A stretch of 64,000 bases of DNA. It comes from Chloroflexota bacterium (GTDB lineage Bacteria; Chloroflexota; UBA11872; VXOZ01). The stretch lies in the NCBI GenBank assembly GCA_022824225.1, contig JAJEAH010000048.1:2764-66763 (forward strand), written 5' to 3'. Each line of letters opens with the position of its first letter. The first letter of the stretch is position 1. A model generated the notes under the pieces. It had not been told where the DNA came from. It did no database searches and saw nothing but the letters and a program-made list of their open reading frames with translations. The position numbers and the translations under genes are program-made. Positions 27,920-37,965 of this stretch are shown here, one piece after another.

Positions 27920-28903
27920 TCACGAGCGCTGCTCGCCCCGGAGCGCCAGCGCGATCACGCGCTTCCGGCTCTGCCAGCGGTCGCGGAGCAGGGCGTGAGG
28001 GTCCGGCCCCTCGGCGGCAGCAGGAGACTCGGGGGGCCGGAAGCCCGCGCGCATCCGTCTGGGGAGCATGGTAAGCAACTGCCACAGCGCGCCGAAAGCC
28101 ACGATGCCGCGGGCCGCCCACTGGTAGCCGGGGCTGCAGTGCTTGGCAAACAACCGGAAGCGGCTGCGGTGCAACTCCACGAACATGCGGCCGGCCGCTT
28201 GGCCGGTGCTTTGGCCTTCATGGTGCACCACGCGGGCGTCGGGCACGTGCATGATCTGCCAGCCCGCCTGCCGCATGCGGCGGCACCAGTCCACCTCCTC
28301 GCAGTACATGAAGAACCGTTCATCCAGCAGCCCCACCCCGTCGCAGGCGGCGCGCCGTACCATCATGCACGCGCCCAGGGGGTAGTCCATGGCAAACGGC
28401 TTTTCATGCAGGCGGAACGGGTAGCGGCCGTAGAGCCGCGAATTCAGCAGGCGGTGGTTCAGGGGAAAGAAGTCGATGAGAGCCATGGCGAGGGTGGGAA
28501 AGCGAAACGCCGCGTGTTGATACCGGCCGTCGGGGTAGAGCAGCGTGGGGCCCGCCACGCCCACCTCGGGATGCGCTTCGAGGAAGACCGCCAGCGCATC
28601 GAGAGCGCCGGGAAAGATCTCCGTATCCGGGTTGAGCAGGCAGAGCAACTCGCCGGTGGCGGCCCGCAGCCCCTGGTTGGTGGCCGCGGCAAAGCCGCGG
28701 TTTTCCGTGTTGGCAATCACCTGGGCTCGAGGAAATTGCCCGCGCACGAGCGCCGCGCTGTCGTCGGCGGAGGCGTTGTCCACGACGATCACTTCCTCCG
28801 GCGGGCGCGGCTCCGCGTAGACGGATGCCAGGCAGCGCGCCAGGAGCGGCCGCACGTTGTACGAAACGATGATGACCGAAAGGCTGCTGCGGCGTGCTTG
28901 CAT
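27920..28903 (-). CDS. GT2 family glycosyltransferase (WbbL-like)
   Basis: VIIVSYN, VVDNASADDS, NRGFAAATN, LNPDT and LDERFFMYCEEVDWC motifs. Confidence 0.93.
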   Translation of the reverse strand: MQARRSSLSVIIVSYNVRPLLARCLASVYAEPRPPEEVIVVDNASADDSAALVRGQFPRAQVIANTENRGFAAATNQGLRAATGELLCLLNPDTEIFPGALDALAVFLEAHPEVGVAGPTLLYPDGRYQHAAFRFPTLAMALIDFFPLNHRLLNSRLYGRYPFRLHEKPFAMDYPLGACMMVRRAACDGVGLLDERFFMYCEEVDWCRRMRQAGWQIMHVPDARVVHHEGQSTGQAAGRMFVELHRSRFRLFAKHCSPGYQWAARGIVAFGALWQLLTMLPRRMRAGFRPPESPAAAEGPDPHALLRDRWQSRKRVIALALRGEQRS

Positions 28904-29189
28904 ACCGCCTGTCGCTTCTCCTAATCGGGCCGTGGGGGCGCGCGGGCCGGAAGGGCGGATGTCGCGGTGCGCGTGGGCCGCGCCGCGGAGGGAGATTCCG
29001 GTTTGCGGGACGCTCGTTCCTGCCCGGGTTGCCGCCCCAGTTCCGTCTCTCGCCCAGGCGCGCGTCCTGTCCGGCTGCGTGGGACCTGCTGATTCAATAA
29101 AACCGTCTCAGGCCCCAATCGTCAACACCGTTCCACATAGATTACGCTCGCCGGGGAGAGCCGTGGCCATAGCCGCGCGGCCCTCTCGC

Positions 29190-30239
29190 TCAGGCGGGAG
29201 CCGCCGCCGGACTCGCCGCCGGCGTGAACGTGTATTCCTTGAATTCGTTCTCGCAAGGCTGGCCGTACGCGATGAGCATGCGGCGTTCAGCGGGGATCAT
29301 GATGTAGCCGATGACGCTGTGCATGGTGGGACCGTGCTGGCAGATGGAAATGGGATCGGCGTGGGCCCGGGCGATCGCCATCGCTTGTTCCAACGAGTGA
29401 GGGCGGACCGCCGTGAGTTCCTGCAGCAGGTCGTAACGGCCGCGGCTATTGGCCATGAACGCCTCGTTATCCGTGCGCAGGTAGGGCCGCACCCGGTCCA
29501 CCAGGCAGTGGTTGCTGGCCCACAGGGCGTGGTCGTCAAGAGAGCGCACCCCGGCGACGGTGGCTGTGCGTTCCATCACCGCCGCGTTGCCGGCGGCGTC
29601 GGTGAAAACCAGGTTGTGGCCGTGGCACATGATGGGCGTGCGCTCGGCCAGCGCCAAAGCGCCCGCCACGTCGTCGGGATACTGCAGGAAGTAGCGCAGA
29701 GCGATGTTGGCGGGTATGCCGCGCTCCCAGTCATCGTCACTGTTGGGCAGGCTGCCGCCGCCGTACGTGAGGCCGGCAGCGTTGACGCCCGCGTTCATCC
29801 AGACCGTACCGGCCCACGTGACGCCGATGAAGTCATGGCCGGAGTCGGGACGGCCTTCCAGATAGACGTGAAACCGGAGGGCATCGGGGTTCACGTCGTT
29901 GGACTTGTAGTGCACTACGCCGTGGTCAGGGGTGACCAGAACGAAATTCGTGCAGTTGGGCGGTGTGCGCCCGAGTTCTTGGCAGGAGTTGTAGGCGAGC
30001 ACGTCGGCGAACGGGACGCCGGCGCCGTCGGCGATGCCGTGCAGTTCCGCCAGCGCCTCCGGAAACACCGCGTCCAGATTGCGTTCCACCTGTGTTAGCA
30101 CGCGCGTGCGGTGCGGCTCCGGATATCGTTCCGTTGGCACAACCATTTGCACGGCCGCCGCGACCAGGTCGGCAAAGGCCTCGCCTTGCTGCCGGCCCAT
30201 CGCGTACGGCGTTCCACTAAGCGCCACCTTGCGCATCAT
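29190..30239 (-). CDS. Peptidase C45 family (acyl-CoA:6-APA acyltransferase-like) Ntn hydrolase
   Basis: G.PY.MG.Q.G, ELHGIADGAG, nucleophile motif CT, GVNAAGL, SNH, S..RY and G.PC motifs. Confidence 0.85.
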   Translation of the reverse strand: MMRKVALSGTPYAMGRQQGEAFADLVAAAVQMVVPTERYPEPHRTRVLTQVERNLDAVFPEALAELHGIADGAGVPFADVLAYNSCQELGRTPPNCTNFVLVTPDHGVVHYKSNDVNPDALRFHVYLEGRPDSGHDFIGVTWAGTVWMNAGVNAAGLTYGGGSLPNSDDDWERGIPANIALRYFLQYPDDVAGALALAERTPIMCHGHNLVFTDAAGNAAVMERTATVAGVRSLDDHALWASNHCLVDRVRPYLRTDNEAFMANSRGRYDLLQELTAVRPHSLEQAMAIARAHADPISICQHGPTMHSVIGYIMIPAERRMLIAYGQPCENEFKEYTFTPAASPAAAPA

Positions 30240-30350
30240 GCCATCTCCTCTACGGCTACAGCCCTACTACCCCGGACCCAGGCTAGCTTACCGGACACTT
30301 GTAGTGTACCCGATAGCACGGCAGGCCGGGGATTGACTTTGCGGAGGGAC

Positions 30351-31825
30351 CGTTCCCGCTGAATTCGAACATGCCTACAACGCTAACCGTTCGCGCTGAG
30401 CTTGCCGAATAGCAGAACAACCGTTCGCGCTGAGCTTGTCGAAGCGCCTGACCGCGCTGGAAGCAAATGGAGTCCGGTATTTCGCCTAGCCCGCAGCCGT
30501 GGCGCCTGGTTGGTGGCTGGCCTGCCGCCTGCTGCCGTTCATACTTCGACGCGCTCAGCACGAACGGCAGCAGGCTGCGCACGCGGAGGCTAGGGCTCCG
30601 GGGGTGTCAGGGGCAATCCCAGCAAGCGGCCTGGCACGAAGTACTCGGTTGTAAGGCTCTGGAGGCGTTAGGGGCAATCATCTCATTCCCAGCAGGCTGC
30701 GTATGGGGTGGCTATGGAATGCGCCTGCCACGGGTCGTGTGTTCACTGATGTAACGTCTGCGGTAGGGCGAAAGCGGAGATGGTGTGGGTCGTTGCGCGT
30801 TGGCGGTGGGAGCGCCAAGAAGGCGTTCGCACTGAACTCGGACACGCAGGTACCGCAGACCGTTCGCGCTGAGCTTGTCGAATAGCAGAACAAGCGTTCG
30901 CGCTGAGCTTGTCGAATAGCAAAACAACCGTTCGCGCTGAGCTTGTCGAAGCGCCTGACCGCGCTGGAAGCAAATGGAGTCCGGTATTTTGCCTAGCCCG
31001 CAGCCGTGGCGCCTGGTTGGTGGCTGGCCTCTGCCTGCTGCCGTTCATACTTCGACGCGCTCAGCACGAACGGAAGCAGGCTGCGCGTGCGGAGTCCAAG
31101 GAATGCGCGAGCGGAGCCCAAGGAATGCGCATACGGAGACATAGGAATGCGCTTGCCGAGATTGGCGTGTTTTCTCTGGGGTAGCCGCCTGTGGTAAGGG
31201 AAAAGCGGACGGTGCGCGCATGGTCACGCGTTAGTGGTGGAAGCGCCAAAAGGCCGTTCGCGCTCAGCTCGAACACGCGGGCGCCACTCACCGTTCGCGC
31301 TGAGCAACAAAACGCAGACACCGCTCAACCGTTCGCGTTGAACAACGAAATGCAAACACCACTCACCGTTCGCGTTGAGCAACAAAATGCGAACACCGCT
31401 CAACCGTTCGCGCTGAGCAACAAAATGCAGACACCGCTCAACCGTTCGCGCTGAGCAACAAAATGCGAACACCGCTGACCGTTCGCGCTGAGCAACGAAA
31501 TGCAAACACCGCTTACCGTTCGCGCTGAGCTTGTCGAAGCGCCTGGCCGCGCGGGAGGGAGGCGGATCCCGGTGTGTTGCCTAGCCCGCAGCCGTGGCGC
31601 CTGGTTGGTGGCTGGGCTCCGCCTGCTTCCGTTCATACTTCGACAAGCTCAGCACGAACGGAAGCAGGCTGCGCGTGCGGAGTCCAAGGAATGCGCATAC
31701 GGAGACATGGGGCTGCGCGTACGGAGAAATGGGGCAGATTCTTGACGAAGCCAACGAGCGCGCCTCCATGGGGCTGCGCGTACGGAGACATGGGTCTTAG
31801 CGTACGGAGCCCAAGGAATGCGCGT
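30351..31825. repeat. Nested repeat macro-array: three diverged units each containing a ~146-bp REPIN/MITE-like element, plus internal tandem expansions
   Basis: Inverted-arm elements at 30421-30567, 30928-31073 and 31516-31661; 37-38-bp tandem units at 31291, 31329, 31366, 31404, 31442 and 31479; ~22-bp CGGAG(T/C)CCAAGGAATGCGC-type repeats near 31085-31152 and 31674-31823. Confidence 0.9.
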
Positions 31826-32142
31826 GCCGCGATTTGCGTGTACTAGGATGGCGCGCCTGACCTTTCTGAAGAGTTGGTCGCTGGCGCTGGCACGGCAGGA
31901 TGCGGGCAATGCCCCGTCGTCGGGGAGGGTTCGCGCGCCCTCGGCGGCTCAACCATTTTGAGGTGATGAGAATAGATAGAAGCCATGAGCAGAGACAACG
32001 GTAGCGTAGGTTCGCATCGGGCGTGCGCGCAACCTGCGCCGTTTTCCCCCACCGCCGGTTACGCTTACCCATCGCTGCAACATTGTTGGACTACTAGGCC
32101 CAAGGATTCGCCCAGAATAGCAAGACCGGCGCTGCCGGCAGC

Positions 32143-32787
32143 TTAGCTCAGCGCTTCGGGTGTGCGGTGGGTGCGGATGTACTCCAGGCTGCGGCGGTAT
32201 TGGTCTTCCGTGATGAATTGCTTGGACATATAGAGATTGAGCATCACTTCCAGGCGGAGGATGGGATAGAGGTTGTAGCCGTGGCTCTTCAAGCGCGCCT
32301 CACCGCCCTGGTCGCGGTCCACGAGCACGATGGCGTCACGCACCACCAAGCCGGCTTCCTGCAGGATCGCTGCCGTTTCCAGGATGCTGCCGCCGGTGGT
32401 CATCAAGTCGTCTATGACCAGCACGGTCTCGCCCGGCTTGTAGCGTCCCTCGATGCGGTGCTCGCCGCCCTGGCTGCGGGCGTAGATCATGGGGACGTTG
32501 GTTGCCAGCGAAAATGCCGTGGCGAGGTGGAGACCCCCAAAGGGCACACCCGCGACCAACGTGAAGGGGTGAATCTTGGGATGCCGCATCGCTTGACCCG
32601 AGCTCGTCTCCTGGGCGATGAGTTGCGCGGCGGCGCGCAGCGAATGGGGGTTGCTGACCAGCACGCGCGGGTCGATGTAGATGGGGGAATGCACCGTGGT
32701 GCGGCCCAAGGTATAGTCGCCGAAACGTACGCCGCCCAGTTTGAAGATGTCCTCCGCCAGCCAGAGATTCGAGACAGGCTGCTCCAC
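32143..32787 (-). CDS. pyrE: Orotate phosphoribosyltransferase-like (type I PRTase)
   Basis: FGDYTL...SPIYID, AGVPFGG, PRPP motif VLVIDDLMTTGGS and VLVDRDQGG; start GTG 32787. Confidence 0.8.
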   Translation of the reverse strand: MEQPVSNLWLAEDIFKLGGVRFGDYTLGRTTVHSPIYIDPRVLVSNPHSLRAAAQLIAQETSSGQAMRHPKIHPFTLVAGVPFGGLHLATAFSLATNVPMIYARSQGGEHRIEGRYKPGETVLVIDDLMTTGGSILETAAILQEAGLVVRDAIVLVDRDQGGEARLKSHGYNLYPILRLEVMLNLYMSKQFITEDQYRRSLEYIRTHRTPEALS

Positions 32788-32831
32788 GTCATGCCCTTTC
32801 CACGCGGACCGGATCGTTTCCAGACACACCA

Positions 32832-33638
32832 TTATCCTTTACGGGCGTGGCGAGTGTCAATTGTCCCGCTGCCGTTCACCGGCAGGGGCGTACCGGGGGC
32901 TTCGGCGATGGCGAGATAGGAGAGGCCGCAGGGCAGATTGCGGCGTGCCAGCCACCAGGCCTCGGCGCGGTGCACGGCCACGGCCAGCGCATTGACAGCG
33001 CCTGGCGCCGGCGGAAAGTCGCTGCGGGCGTCGCTCGATGCGGGGCGCGGCGACAGGAGCTTGCGCAGGCCCCGCGCGACGAGGGCGGGCAGGAGAATGG
33101 ACGCATAGGTCGGCGAAATGCGCACCACCCGCATGCCGGCGCCCTCGATCGTCTGCCGCAAGGCGCGTCGGGAGTAGCGCCGGTAGTGGTGGAGGGCCAC
33201 GTCGTGTTCGCCAAAGAGCGCCGGATGGGCGGGCACCGTACACAGCAAGATGCCTCCGGGCCGCAGCACGCGGGCACACTGCCGGACTGCCGGCGCGTCC
33301 TCACGCAAGTGCTCGAGCATGTCGGCAACGACGATGACGTCGAAGGAGCCATCGGCATAGGGGAGCGCCGTCGCGCTGGCCTGCGCCAAGTTGCCCAGCC
33401 GGCGTTCCGCGCAGAACGAAAGCGCTTCACGTTCCACGTCCACACCGTGGACCTCACCCAGGGGCGCGAGCATTTCCATGACCGCGCCGGTGCCGCAGCC
33501 CACGTCCAGGACGCGCGGCGCGGCAGGCAAACGGTCGCGCATGGTCCGCACCGCCGCCTGCAGGAACAACCGCTTGGACCGGAACCACCAGTAGCGGTCT
33601 TCCATGGCGAACATCTTGGCGTATTCGTCGCGGTTCAC
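32832..33638 (-). CDS. Class I SAM-dependent methyltransferase (Methyltransf_11)
   Basis: E..YWWF, VLDVGCGTG, LPYADGSFD, DMLEH, VLRPGG and TVPA....G.HD...HYRRY motifs; start GTG 33638. Confidence 0.9.
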   Translation of the reverse strand: MNRDEYAKMFAMEDRYWWFRSKRLFLQAAVRTMRDRLPAAPRVLDVGCGTGAVMEMLAPLGEVHGVDVEREALSFCAERRLGNLAQASATALPYADGSFDVIVVADMLEHLREDAPAVRQCARVLRPGGILLCTVPAHPALFGEHDVALHHYRRYSRRALRQTIEGAGMRVVRISPTYASILLPALVARGLRKLLSPRPASSDARSDFPPAPGAVNALAVAVHRAEAWWLARRNLPCGLSYLAIAEAPGTPLPVNGSGTIDTRHARKG

Positions 33639-33943
33639 GTTTGGGTCTACCTCAGCGCGGAAGCGGGCGGCGGCCTGGAGCACATGGGAAAAGGGCCGGA
33701 CAATACCACCTCGCCCTATGGTGTGGTACGGCGGCCCGGCGTGCACGGGAAGAGGGCCACTGCTAGACATTGTACGGCAATGTACTCGTCCGGCGCGCCG
33801 GGGCCCCTCTTGCGCGTGATTGGGACAGTCACGCTAAGATAGATACGAACGCACAACCGGCATCCCATCGGCATCCCATCCACCGCGCCCCGCGCTAACC
33901 CGCCGGCGTCCGGCGCAACGACATCGAACTGAAGCGACGACAC

Positions 33944-35500
33944 ATGAAGCACCCTTCGACACCCGTCGGTCTCTTGGGCATCGGGGCGAGCGCCGCGTCC
34001 TCCGCGGTCTTGCTGACGCTGGCCTTTCCGCCCTTCGATCTGTGGTATCTCGCGTGGATTGCGCTGGCGCCGATGTTCGTGCCCATGGCGCTGCCCACAC
34101 TGCGGCCCCGGGCGGCGCGGGCGGCGGCGTCCCTGACCTACGTGCTCTTCATGGGCGCGTTGCTCTGGCAAGCCTTTCCGCCGGGACTCACCAGCCGCGC
34201 CTGGCGGGGCAGCGACTTTCCGCCCATTCTCTTCCTGGATTCACCGGCGTTGTTCGTCAGCGTCATCCTGCTGCCGGCGCTCTTCGTCGTCTTCTACTTC
34301 GCGCGAATCCCGGCGGGCGCGCCGCAGGCGCTGGGGCAGGCGCGTCCGTACCTCTGGCTGCTGCCGCCGGCCGTCTGGACGCTGACCGAGTACGTGCGGT
34401 ACCGGCTGCAACTCGGCCACATATGGGGCAACCTCTTCACGACCCAGCATACGTTCCCGTCCGCCTTGGCCGTTACGCGCCTGGGTGGGCCGTGGTTGCT
34501 CACCTTCTGTATCGTGCTGGTCAACGTGCTCATCGCGGTAGGACTCGCCCGCGTGCTCGCCCGGCGGCCCCTGCAAGCGGCGGGCGTTGGCGCGCTGGCG
34601 TTGCCGGTGCTGGCTTGCGGTCTGCTGCTCGTCACCGCTGCGCGGACGGAGGCCGCGGCCCGGCTGCAAGCCGGCCCCGCTACCATAGAGGTCGCGTTGG
34701 TACAGACGGGACTCGACATGTCCGACTATTTTGACACCGCTCTGTCGCAGGGCGTGCGCGATTACTACGGCCTGGCCTGGAGCGACGTGGAAACCCTCAC
34801 TCGCGAGCAAGCCCAAGGCGCCGATCTGATCGTCTGGCCGGAGGCGACGGTCTGGCGCGACGTACAGGCCGACGAGGCAGCGCGGGAGCGGCTGGCGGCG
34901 TTCGCCCGCGAGATGGACGCCTATCTCTTCGCCCCGTATTTTGTGGACACCGACCCGCGCGGGTTCCGCAATGAAGCGGTGTTGATTTCGCCGCAGGGCG
35001 ACTTCCTTGGCATGTACGCCAAGAACTATCCCATCATCTACGTCGGCGAACAGAGCGTCACCGGCGGGGAGCATCCCGTCTTTGACACGCCGCTCGGCAC
35101 GTTTGCCACCATGATGGCATATGACTCCGATTTTCCCGATGTGGCGCGGACGCTGACGGCCAATGGCGCGCAACTCATCGCCGTGACCAGCCACGACTGG
35201 GTGGAAATGAGCCCGTTCCAGGTGGCGGCAAGCGTGCAGCGCGCCGCCGAGAACAACGTGACCGTGGTCAAAGCGGACTGGCGCTACGGCAGCGCGGTGA
35301 TTACGCCCGGCGGCGAAGTCATTGCCAGCACCTCGGCGTTGGCACCGGCCCGCACAGTGCTGCGCGCCGCGGTACCAGTCCCGGAGAGCGCCGGCACGCC
35401 GTACACGCGCACTGGCGATTGGGCGCCGGCGCTGTGCGGCATTTTCGTCGTCGGCGCGCTGGCCGTGTCGCTGTGGCAGCCGCGGGCACGCGCAAGCTAG
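33944..35500 (+). CDS. lnt: Apolipoprotein N-acyltransferase-like protein (catalytic Cys replaced by Ala)
   Basis: LAFPP..LWYLAWIALAP TM region; nitrilase domain VWPE, Y.K, RAAEN, GSAVI.P.G and TPY.R.GDW; MAYD where ICYE is expected. Confidence 0.8.
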   Translation: MKHPSTPVGLLGIGASAASSAVLLTLAFPPFDLWYLAWIALAPMFVPMALPTLRPRAARAAASLTYVLFMGALLWQAFPPGLTSRAWRGSDFPPILFLDSPALFVSVILLPALFVVFYFARIPAGAPQALGQARPYLWLLPPAVWTLTEYVRYRLQLGHIWGNLFTTQHTFPSALAVTRLGGPWLLTFCIVLVNVLIAVGLARVLARRPLQAAGVGALALPVLACGLLLVTAARTEAAARLQAGPATIEVALVQTGLDMSDYFDTALSQGVRDYYGLAWSDVETLTREQAQGADLIVWPEATVWRDVQADEAARERLAAFAREMDAYLFAPYFVDTDPRGFRNEAVLISPQGDFLGMYAKNYPIIYVGEQSVTGGEHPVFDTPLGTFATMMAYDSDFPDVARTLTANGAQLIAVTSHDWVEMSPFQVAASVQRAAENNVTVVKADWRYGSAVITPGGEVIASTSALAPARTVLRAAVPVPESAGTPYTRTGDWAPALCGIFVVGALAVSLWQPRARAS

Positions 35501-35513
35501 ACGGGAGACCGGC

Positions 35514-36650
35514 ATGGGCAACACCGCGCTCACCGGCAAGCAGAGCGACTTTCTCAAGATCGTAGCGGCGGCCGCGGGACGAGGCGACCTGGCCGCCGTG
35601 CGGCAATTCGTGGCCGACGACTCCCGTTGGGTGCGTACTGTCGGCTCCCACGGCCGCACCATGCTGTGGGAAGCCGCGTATTGGGGCAAGCTGGAGGTGG
35701 CGGAGTTTCTCGTGGCCGCGGGCGCTGACGTGCACGCGGCGGCTTGCCACTATAGCGAGCACTATGTGGAGATTACCTGCTACTGCGTGGCCCGCGCCAA
35801 GGGACGCCACGCCGTGGCCGAATTCCTGCTGGCCCAGGAGGCGCGGGTGGACGTGCACACGGCGGCGTATTTGGGCGAGACCGGTACCGTCCGGGCGTTG
35901 CTCGCCGCCGAGCCAACGCTATTGGAAAGCACGCTGGCACAGCACGATTCTCAGCGTTCGGCGGGCCGGCGGCTCATCTTCGACCACCGGCCCAACACCT
36001 GGGCCACGCCATTGGCCTATGGGGTCAGCGGCGGCTGCGCGGAAACGGTGGCGTTCCTGTTGGCGCGGGGCGCGGCAGTGGCTCCGCTGAGCGAGCGTCT
36101 GTTGGGCATCGCGGTGGGGCGGGGCCGCCTGGACCTGGTGGAGATGCTCCTGGCCAACGGCGCCGACGCGAAGAAGCTGCCCCTGGCAGACCCCTCGCAG
36201 AATCGAGAACTAGCGGAACTGGCCGTGGCCCACGGCTACGATGTCAATACGGGCCGTCCCGGCTGGCCGCCGCTCATCGTCGCCAGCCGGGGCGACAAAG
36301 GCGAGCATCCGGAGAAGATCCAAGCCCTGCTCGATCTTGGCGCGAACGTGAACGTGCGCGATTACAAGGGCAAGACCGCGCTCCACCGGGCCGCTACTGC
36401 CGGTTTCTTGGAAAGCATGGCGGTCTTGCTGGAGAGTGGCGCCGAAGTCGACGCGTCCGACGCAAAAGGCGAAACGCCGCTCTTCGACGCGGTCCGCGCC
36501 GGCCGTGTCGCGGCGGTGGCGCTGCTGTTGGAACGCGGCGCGGATTCGACGATGGAGAACGAAAAGGGCGACTCTGCCGCCTCACTTGCGCGGAGACTGC
36601 GCAAGCAAGAGGCACTTGAACTGGTTAGCTTGCTGGACAATTCTGTCTAG
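35514..36650 (+). CDS. Ankyrin repeat protein
   Basis: Multiple repeats: GRTMLWEAA, TPLAYGV, GWPPLIVAS, GKTALHRAA, GETPLFDAV; GGGAG SD before ATG 35514. Confidence 0.93.
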   Translation: MGNTALTGKQSDFLKIVAAAAGRGDLAAVRQFVADDSRWVRTVGSHGRTMLWEAAYWGKLEVAEFLVAAGADVHAAACHYSEHYVEITCYCVARAKGRHAVAEFLLAQEARVDVHTAAYLGETGTVRALLAAEPTLLESTLAQHDSQRSAGRRLIFDHRPNTWATPLAYGVSGGCAETVAFLLARGAAVAPLSERLLGIAVGRGRLDLVEMLLANGADAKKLPLADPSQNRELAELAVAHGYDVNTGRPGWPPLIVASRGDKGEHPEKIQALLDLGANVNVRDYKGKTALHRAATAGFLESMAVLLESGAEVDASDAKGETPLFDAVRAGRVAAVALLLERGADSTMENEKGDSAASLARRLRKQEALELVSLLDNSV

Positions 36651-36817
36651 CCATAGGGATGCCCTATATGGCAAGAATGTCTGGAGGTCTCTATGAGTCG
36701 TCTTCCTGATTGCTTTGCAGGCTCTTCCAGAAGACGTCTACAACACGATTCGCAATAGACTCTGCATCACTCTCTTGTTCATCGGACGGTCTATTGTGGC
36801 TGGGCTGTTCCCTAGGT

Positions 36818-37780
36818 TTATTCCGCTCTTCGGCGTGAGGATCTTCCACCTTGACCTCCTTTGAATCGCTGAAAGAACTGCGGGTTAATCTCAGGATCGA
36901 AGTAGTGCTTGCGTTTGATCCAGATGAAACCGTCCCCTTTTGAAATCAGAGCAACATCAATCGGCCCGCCCACCGTTTCATGTTCCTCAGACACTTTCCT
37001 CTTCAGCGACTGTAAACCAACCATTGCCTCCGCTACAGCGGGCAATTCACTTTTTGGCATCTCAGCAATAGTGCGAAGTACGGGTTGCGCATATTCTTCC
37101 CACTCAATTCGGTCCAGTTCCCTATATAGACTGCCCATAGCATCTCTTAGAGCCCGGGACACATCTTCGTCCGACTCCTTAAGAGTACCAGTCAAGAGCC
37201 TAGTAAGGATATGCTCAACTATTCTCAGCAGCTTTCTACTGTACGAAGGCTCTGCCCCATTCATGAATCCCTGGACAACTTCCTTTTGAGCGTATGGGAG
37301 GATTAAAGCCTCAATTCCTTGAATTGCTATACTCGGTTTTTCTAAACGATACATGAGTTGCCCGCGAAAGCCCAGAACTTCCAAGGATACAATTGCAGGA
37401 TAGATCTCTCTTTTCCCAAATCCGGCAACGACAATGCCAGAACGCGGCCACTTTACCTCCTCTTGGTCTATCCGAAGCTTGCTGGCCTGGACATTAATGA
37501 AGCGAATGAAATCCGATGTGTAGTCTTCGATAGTTCCCTTTTCCTCTATCCCCAGATGGTCTCTATACAACTTGATCACAGTTTCCCAGGGCACTTCTCC
37601 AAGGCGAGCGTTACCGTAAATCATTATGCCCACCGGTTGATGCTGGGAGAGTGCGAATAGCTTGTTTGCTGACGTAAAGATCTTCGCAACTTCCCCATAT
37701 TCGCTATCGGCAAGAGTAACAGCGCTATCAGCAGCAAGAGCTACTGCTTGCTGGTTCATCACTGCAATCTCAGCGGTCAC
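36818..37780 (-). CDS. Hypothetical protein with a proteasome-beta/HslV-like Ntn-hydrolase N-terminus
   Basis: GTG start at 37780 (GAAGGAG SD) gives (M)TAEIAVMN..AVALAADSAVT...ANKLF; later VAGF and TVGGPIDVALIS; AT-rich islet. Confidence 0.7.
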   Translation of the reverse strand: MTAEIAVMNQQAVALAADSAVTLADSEYGEVAKIFTSANKLFALSQHQPVGIMIYGNARLGEVPWETVIKLYRDHLGIEEKGTIEDYTSDFIRFINVQASKLRIDQEEVKWPRSGIVVAGFGKREIYPAIVSLEVLGFRGQLMYRLEKPSIAIQGIEALILPYAQKEVVQGFMNGAEPSYSRKLLRIVEHILTRLLTGTLKESDEDVSRALRDAMGSLYRELDRIEWEEYAQPVLRTIAEMPKSELPAVAEAMVGLQSLKRKVSEEHETVGGPIDVALISKGDGFIWIKRKHYFDPEINPQFFQRFKGGQGGRSSRRRAE

Positions 37781-37965
37781 CAAACTCTCCTTCAAGTGCA
37801 ACTTTCGTACAACCTCGTTGCCTGGTATTGGCGCCCTTCCTCATTTGCGAACCATGGCCTAGGTTTCGTAGTACACCCAGCGGATGCCTCTCAAAGTGCG
37901 GTAGGAAATCAGGGATCGAGCGAATGTCCAGCTTTCCTTGTCATTCAGATTGAGCACATTGAAGT

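Noticed and set aside
31291-31515. 37-38-bp periodic repeats as a CRISPR or TIGR-like array
   Set aside because: Units are near-identical along their whole length with no unique spacers, and they derive from the REP arm; treated as a tandem repeat.
30283-32072. Numerous short ORFs in the repeat macro-array
   Set aside because: They are translations of palindromic repeats in multiple frames, with no coding signal.
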